Positions 59,939-64,000 of a stretch of 64,000 bases of DNA are shown piece after piece. The notes under the pieces are model-generated. The model was not told the origin of the DNA. It searched no databases and worked only from the letters and a program-made list of their open reading frames with translations. The stretch's first letter is position 1. Each line of letters begins with the position of its first letter. The stretch is from the IMG/VR virus record IMGVR_UViG_3300028048_000042; one strand, written 5' to 3'. The DNA is from a virus. Lineage: Duplodnaviria > Caudoviricetes. A program made the translations under genes and the position numbers.

Positions 59939-61330
59939 ATGGACAAGATATTATACAATCCGAAGGTATACGGAACGATTGAAAACGGTAATAGTGTAAT
60001 TAGTCCAAAAATCAGTGGTATAGTAGTAAATGAATCAACAAGAATTAAACCTTTTGTCAATGGTGTAATAAGTAGAAATTTTGATATTCACAGCAAGCCT
60101 GAAATAATGGGTATTTATGAACCTGACATGCAAATCAAATCCAAATTAATAGTGCAGGCTGTAATTACTCAACCAAAAGAAAAAGAATTTGATGTAAATG
60201 GCCCTAATATTTCCATGAGTGTATACAAAAAGAATTGGGTAGATAATCATTTGCCAATTAAAATGGAAGTAGAAAGGGTAGGTAGTAAAAAAGATAATGA
60301 CACAACAATAATTGGTTATAATACGAATGTATATCCTTTTGCTACATATCAATTCAACAACCGTGAATACTTTAAAGTACAGCCATATATCACTTATATT
60401 ACGAATGGTGGTATCAATATTGATGCCAATATGTATGTAACGTATATTGACTACGCATTTGGCGCAAAAAAATTAGAACGAAGATACTATGCAGTATTTC
60501 ATTCTAATTATATGAATAAAGACATTAAGTGTAGGTTGTATGATAAAACGGTAGGCTTCCCATTAAGGGGTGCGCATATCAGTGTATTATGTGACGATAA
60601 TCATATTCGATATTTACCCATTGATTTGTTGGGCAGCGATTTTGATTCAGGCATTAGATGTAGTGACAAATGGGGAAATCAATATCAAATCTGTTTAATG
60701 AGACAGGAAAATATGATAAGCAAATTCTTCCCATTTGGTAATATGATAATGCCATTGACTTCTTACAATGATTTGTATGCTATTTTGACAGGCATATTTG
60801 GCAAAGCTAGGGTTGAATTAGGAGAAAATTGTTTATATTTCTCACCACCGTCAGCGGCTAGTGGAATAACAAAATTTATGTGTGTTGGATTAAATATACG
60901 AATTACCACTTGTCATGGACAAGAATTGACTACATATAATAATGGTTTGAATAGCACATCTTATGGTGGAGATTATCATTGGACAGCGAACAAGATGTTG
61001 CTAAAAATGAGAAATCGAGAAAAATTCAAAATAGAGTTTGATAATAGTTATCATGGCACTACATATAAAAGTGATGCTTTGGTAAAAAACTTTTTGATAT
61101 TTGGGCAGACTGTAGAAGCATTAAAAGAAGAAAGTGCTTCTATGGAATTATTGATTAATAATCATAGATGGTATTTGTTCAATGTGAAGAAGAATGAGAT
61201 TAAATCAGTAAATGAACAAAATGATGACATCAAGTACGTGAGAGAGAATTATTTGGAATATTCTCATAGTCCATGTACATATAACTACTATGATTTAGGT
61301 AAATATAAATGTTTTGAACCTGATAAATAA
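59939..61330 (+). CDS. hypothetical protein, probably tail-associated
   Basis: in the late-type operon; N-terminal P.[IV].G repeats. Confidence 0.6.
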   Translation: MDKILYNPKVYGTIENGNSVISPKISGIVVNESTRIKPFVNGVISRNFDIHSKPEIMGIYEPDMQIKSKLIVQAVITQPKEKEFDVNGPNISMSVYKKNWVDNHLPIKMEVERVGSKKDNDTTIIGYNTNVYPFATYQFNNREYFKVQPYITYITNGGINIDANMYVTYIDYAFGAKKLERRYYAVFHSNYMNKDIKCRLYDKTVGFPLRGAHISVLCDDNHIRYLPIDLLGSDFDSGIRCSDKWGNQYQICLMRQENMISKFFPFGNMIMPLTSYNDLYAILTGIFGKARVELGENCLYFSPPSAASGITKFMCVGLNIRITTCHGQELTTYNNGLNSTSYGGDYHWTANKMLLKMRNREKFKIEFDNSYHGTTYKSDALVKNFLIFGQTVEALKEESASMELLINNHRWYLFNVKKNEIKSVNEQNDDIKYVRENYLEYSHSPCTYNYYDLGKYKCFEPDK

Positions 61331-61380
61331 AAAAAAAGAGAGGTCGTTACCAACTGCTGTAACGACCTCTCTTTTTTTTT
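61331..61380. terminator. bidirectional intrinsic terminator
   Basis: aagagaggtcgttac / gtaacgacctctctt with A and T tracts. Confidence 0.85.
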
Positions 61381-61385
61381 ATAAA

Positions 61386-62387
61386 TTATTTTGCGCGTTC
61401 TACTTCATCACTCATAGCTGTGGAAATATAATAATCAGCATCTAAGCATTCATCCTGATAATATTTAAGGGAATCTTTTAGACCGTCAATACGTGCTTTA
61501 TCAACACCATTTGCTAGAAGTTCATTTGTTTTAGAGTCAATATATTTTAGCATGTTAGAATAGCAATTAGCATAAACGTGTTCTGCACAAGAAAGAACGA
61601 AATCATTATTATTTTTTAGGTTGCTAATGTAATTGTCAATGTCTTCAACGTTATTGTTCTTTGCATATTCTTTAAGTTGATTGCTAATTTCGCCAACAAT
61701 ATTTTTGCTATTTTCCATAATGTCAAATGCAATTTCACCCACATCTGTACCATCAGTTAGATATTCAAGATATTTATCGGCATTGAATTTTGAATCGGCA
61801 TCATTTTTAATGCTATCAAGTGCATCAAAAACCATATCATTGTTGATGAGTGCTGCTTCGGCATTTTCTTTATCTTTCTCTGCTTTTTTTTCATCTTCCT
61901 CTAAGGAAATTTCGTTAAAAACATTTGTGATTGCAGTTTTGTAACCATCCTGAGTTTCATTAGGAAGAGTGGACATATTGTAATCAATGTTATCAAGAAT
62001 TTCATCATTTTCAGGACTATCTTCTTTTGAAGAAATGTCTTTAAAAATAGACTCTAATTCTTGTGTTAGTTTCTGTGCAACATTGCAGTTGGTATATGCA
62101 TAGCAATCAACTAAAGTATTTTCAGGAATTGTAACATTCGAGTTCGGGAATAATTTATTAACAAAGTTTTCAACAACTTTATCAATTTCACTTTCAGGAA
62201 TGCAAACTTTGTTATAATACAAGTCTGCCATTTTCTCCCCACTCTCTTTACTTGCTGCAATTAAATCATCATGCAAAGAGTTATAATTCTGTTCAACTGT
62301 AGCAGAAAATCCATCAAGAGCTTTAAAAAGGTCATCAATTGATGGCTTTGCAGACAATCTAATCAATCTTTTTTTTACAATATTCAT
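61386..62387 (-). CDS. acidic helical protein with basic N-terminal leader
   Basis: MNIVKKRLIRLSA then a D/E-rich body; AAAGGA RBS. Confidence 0.75.
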   Translation of the reverse strand: MNIVKKRLIRLSAKPSIDDLFKALDGFSATVEQNYNSLHDDLIAASKESGEKMADLYYNKVCIPESEIDKVVENFVNKLFPNSNVTIPENTLVDCYAYTNCNVAQKLTQELESIFKDISSKEDSPENDEILDNIDYNMSTLPNETQDGYKTAITNVFNEISLEEDEKKAEKDKENAEAALINNDMVFDALDSIKNDADSKFNADKYLEYLTDGTDVGEIAFDIMENSKNIVGEISNQLKEYAKNNNVEDIDNYISNLKNNNDFVLSCAEHVYANCYSNMLKYIDSKTNELLANGVDKARIDGLKDSLKYYQDECLDADYYISTAMSDEVERAK

Positions 62388-62526
62388 TACAAAAAATCCT
62401 TTCTATTTTTTATATTTTTTTGTTATTGTGTGTAATCTACTACTAATATATAGGGAGAAATTAGTTTTTATTACATAATTATAAAAAAAATACATTGAAA
62501 ATATTATACAAGTAGGAGGTGAAATA

Positions 62527-64000
62527 ATGCCTAAGATTATATATAAAGACGGAATAGCTCAACAGAAAGACCAATTAACTGAGAATTCGTTTATTGAAGA
62601 AACAAATGAGTGGAGTAATCAAGTTTATCTAATTGATGAACAGGATTACGTACATGGTGGTAAGGACGGTTATGATAATATACCACATCAGCAGTTGGCA
62701 AACAGAACTACATTTTTAAAGGTAGTTTGCGAAACAATTAGGAATGATTTGACAGCATTCCAAAATGCTGTATCAAAACAAGATGGTAAAAATGATGCGC
62801 ACTTCAAAGAAGTAGAGAAAACAGAAAATAAATTACGACAAGATTTAGACGATTTAACAAATAAATTTAATAATTTCTCGGATGATGAAAAGAAATTAAT
62901 TGATGGATTAAGGGCAGATGTAAATCAATTAATTTCTGATATGAAGACACATACACATAAATACGCAGGTTCGGATGTAGCAGGTGGAGATGCCAATACT
63001 GTAAAAGTAATTAAGGACAATGTAGCCAAGATTTTGCTTACAGGTGTAACGAGTGCAAATCCAAATGCGTTAAAACGTAATGATGGTGCGTTTTTACAAA
63101 ACAATGAAATTACTGCTACGAAATTTCATGGTGATTTAGATGGTGCGGCTGCAACAGCAAACAAATTGACCTCAAAAGCAATGATTTCGTTTTATGGTGA
63201 TGTAATCGCTTCTTATTTATTTGATGGTTCGGAAAAAAATATGCAAATCAAAACATCACTCAATACAAGTGGTGTAGCAAAAGGAACATATGGTAATAAT
63301 ACAAAACATCAATTAGCTATGAATGAAGTGTTTAAAGTACCACAATTTACAGTTAATGATAAAGGTATTCTTACCTATGCAAAAGATGTAGAATTACAAT
63401 TACCTGACGAAGCAGTAAGCGGAACAACAAATGCAACGCAAAAAGGTGGCAAGTTGTTTTTAATTGGTGGTCAAAAACAGCAAGCAAAAGAATATACTTA
63501 TACAAATAACAAAGCTTATCAGATTGATGGTGTGTTATATTCCAATGATAAGGAAGTAGTAAATGTTAGCGATACGCAGAGTTTAAAAAACAAAACTTAT
63601 GAAGGTTATACTTTAAACAAGGCGTGTGCTCGTGATGTGGATGAAAGTATACAAGGTGTAAATGGTAGTAAAGCCTTAGTTACTTCAAATGCTTTATTTA
63701 ATCACCAACATAAATATGCAGGCTCAGATAGTTATGGTGGTCATGCTAATACAATTCATGTAACAAAGAACAATTTAGCACGTAGATACTTGGCTATCAC
63801 ACAAGGTGTGGCAGGCAAGTTGGAATACAATGATAAAGCATATATTCAGGATAATGATTTATGTGTACCTGTTGTTCATGCAACTGAAATGATGCATATA
63901 CCAGGTGGTCGTCTATGGATTGATACAGCAGTAGAAGCGATGGATGGAGCGACATTTAATCCTGATACTTTGGCAAAAATTGCTAATTTGGAAGAAAAAG
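62527..64000 (+). CDS. tail fibre protein, truncated by the window end (paralogue of 50884..53574)
   Basis: GGAGGT RBS; IEETNEW...GGKDG.DNIPHQQLANRTTFLK, HTHKYAGS, LKNKTYEGY.L..ACAR.VDE, IPGG..WID. Confidence 0.8.
   Translation, partial: MPKIIYKDGIAQQKDQLTENSFIEETNEWSNQVYLIDEQDYVHGGKDGYDNIPHQQLANRTTFLKVVCETIRNDLTAFQNAVSKQDGKNDAHFKEVEKTENKLRQDLDDLTNKFNNFSDDEKKLIDGLRADVNQLISDMKTHTHKYAGSDVAGGDANTVKVIKDNVAKILLTGVTSANPNALKRNDGAFLQNNEITATKFHGDLDGAAATANKLTSKAMISFYGDVIASYLFDGSEKNMQIKTSLNTSGVAKGTYGNNTKHQLAMNEVFKVPQFTVNDKGILTYAKDVELQLPDEAVSGTTNATQKGGKLFLIGGQKQQAKEYTYTNNKAYQIDGVLYSNDKEVVNVSDTQSLKNKTYEGYTLNKACARDVDESIQGVNGSKALVTSNALFNHQHKYAGSDSYGGHANTIHVTKNNLARRYLAITQGVAGKLEYNDKAYIQDNDLCVPVVHATEMMHIPGGRLWIDTAVEAMDGATFNPDTLAKIANLEEK

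Noticed and set aside
1-64000. Stop-codon reassignment
   Set aside because: TAA, TGA and TAG all terminate array genes exactly after the tag, and long genes are uninterrupted in code 11
50884-64000. Diversity-generating retroelement acting on tail fibres
   Set aside because: No reverse transcriptase and no adenine-specific template/variable repeat pair seen in the window

Overview
AT-rich, gene-dense segment of a large (probably jumbo) tailed phage of a Firmicutes-type host. It uses GGAGG ribosome-binding sites, sigma-A-like TTGACA-N17-TATAAT early promoters and standard code 11. Recognisable genes: M15A peptidase, Thg1-like tRNA-His guanylyltransferase, SGNH hydrolase, TIGR02452/PARG-like macrodomain, metallophosphoesterase, CCA-adding enzyme, NAD-dependent DNA ligase, GNAT, DUF3841, a RemA/DUF370-like protein, two tail-fibre paralogues and other probable virion genes, plus two intact TnpB genes with omegaRNA/right ends but no TnpA. 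The dominant unexplained feature is an array of 43 intact small early genes (37 of them packed into 7.5-24.5 kb). They are mostly dissimilar to each other, yet all end in the same C-terminal signature, hydrophobic helix-R-x-x-G-[V/I/A/T/L/M]-stop, conserved at protein level (all 6 Arg and all 4 Gly codons are used). Both TnpB guides read into DNA coding for these tails. Also seen: a candidate phage late promoter (TATT-N7-TAGA), a basic KRL N-terminal leader on acidic late proteins, a pseudoknot-rich non-coding region, CTATATATAG-rich origin-like intergenic regions and apparent avoidance of GATC and CCAG/CTGG. All family assignments come from motif recognition by eye; no database searches were run.
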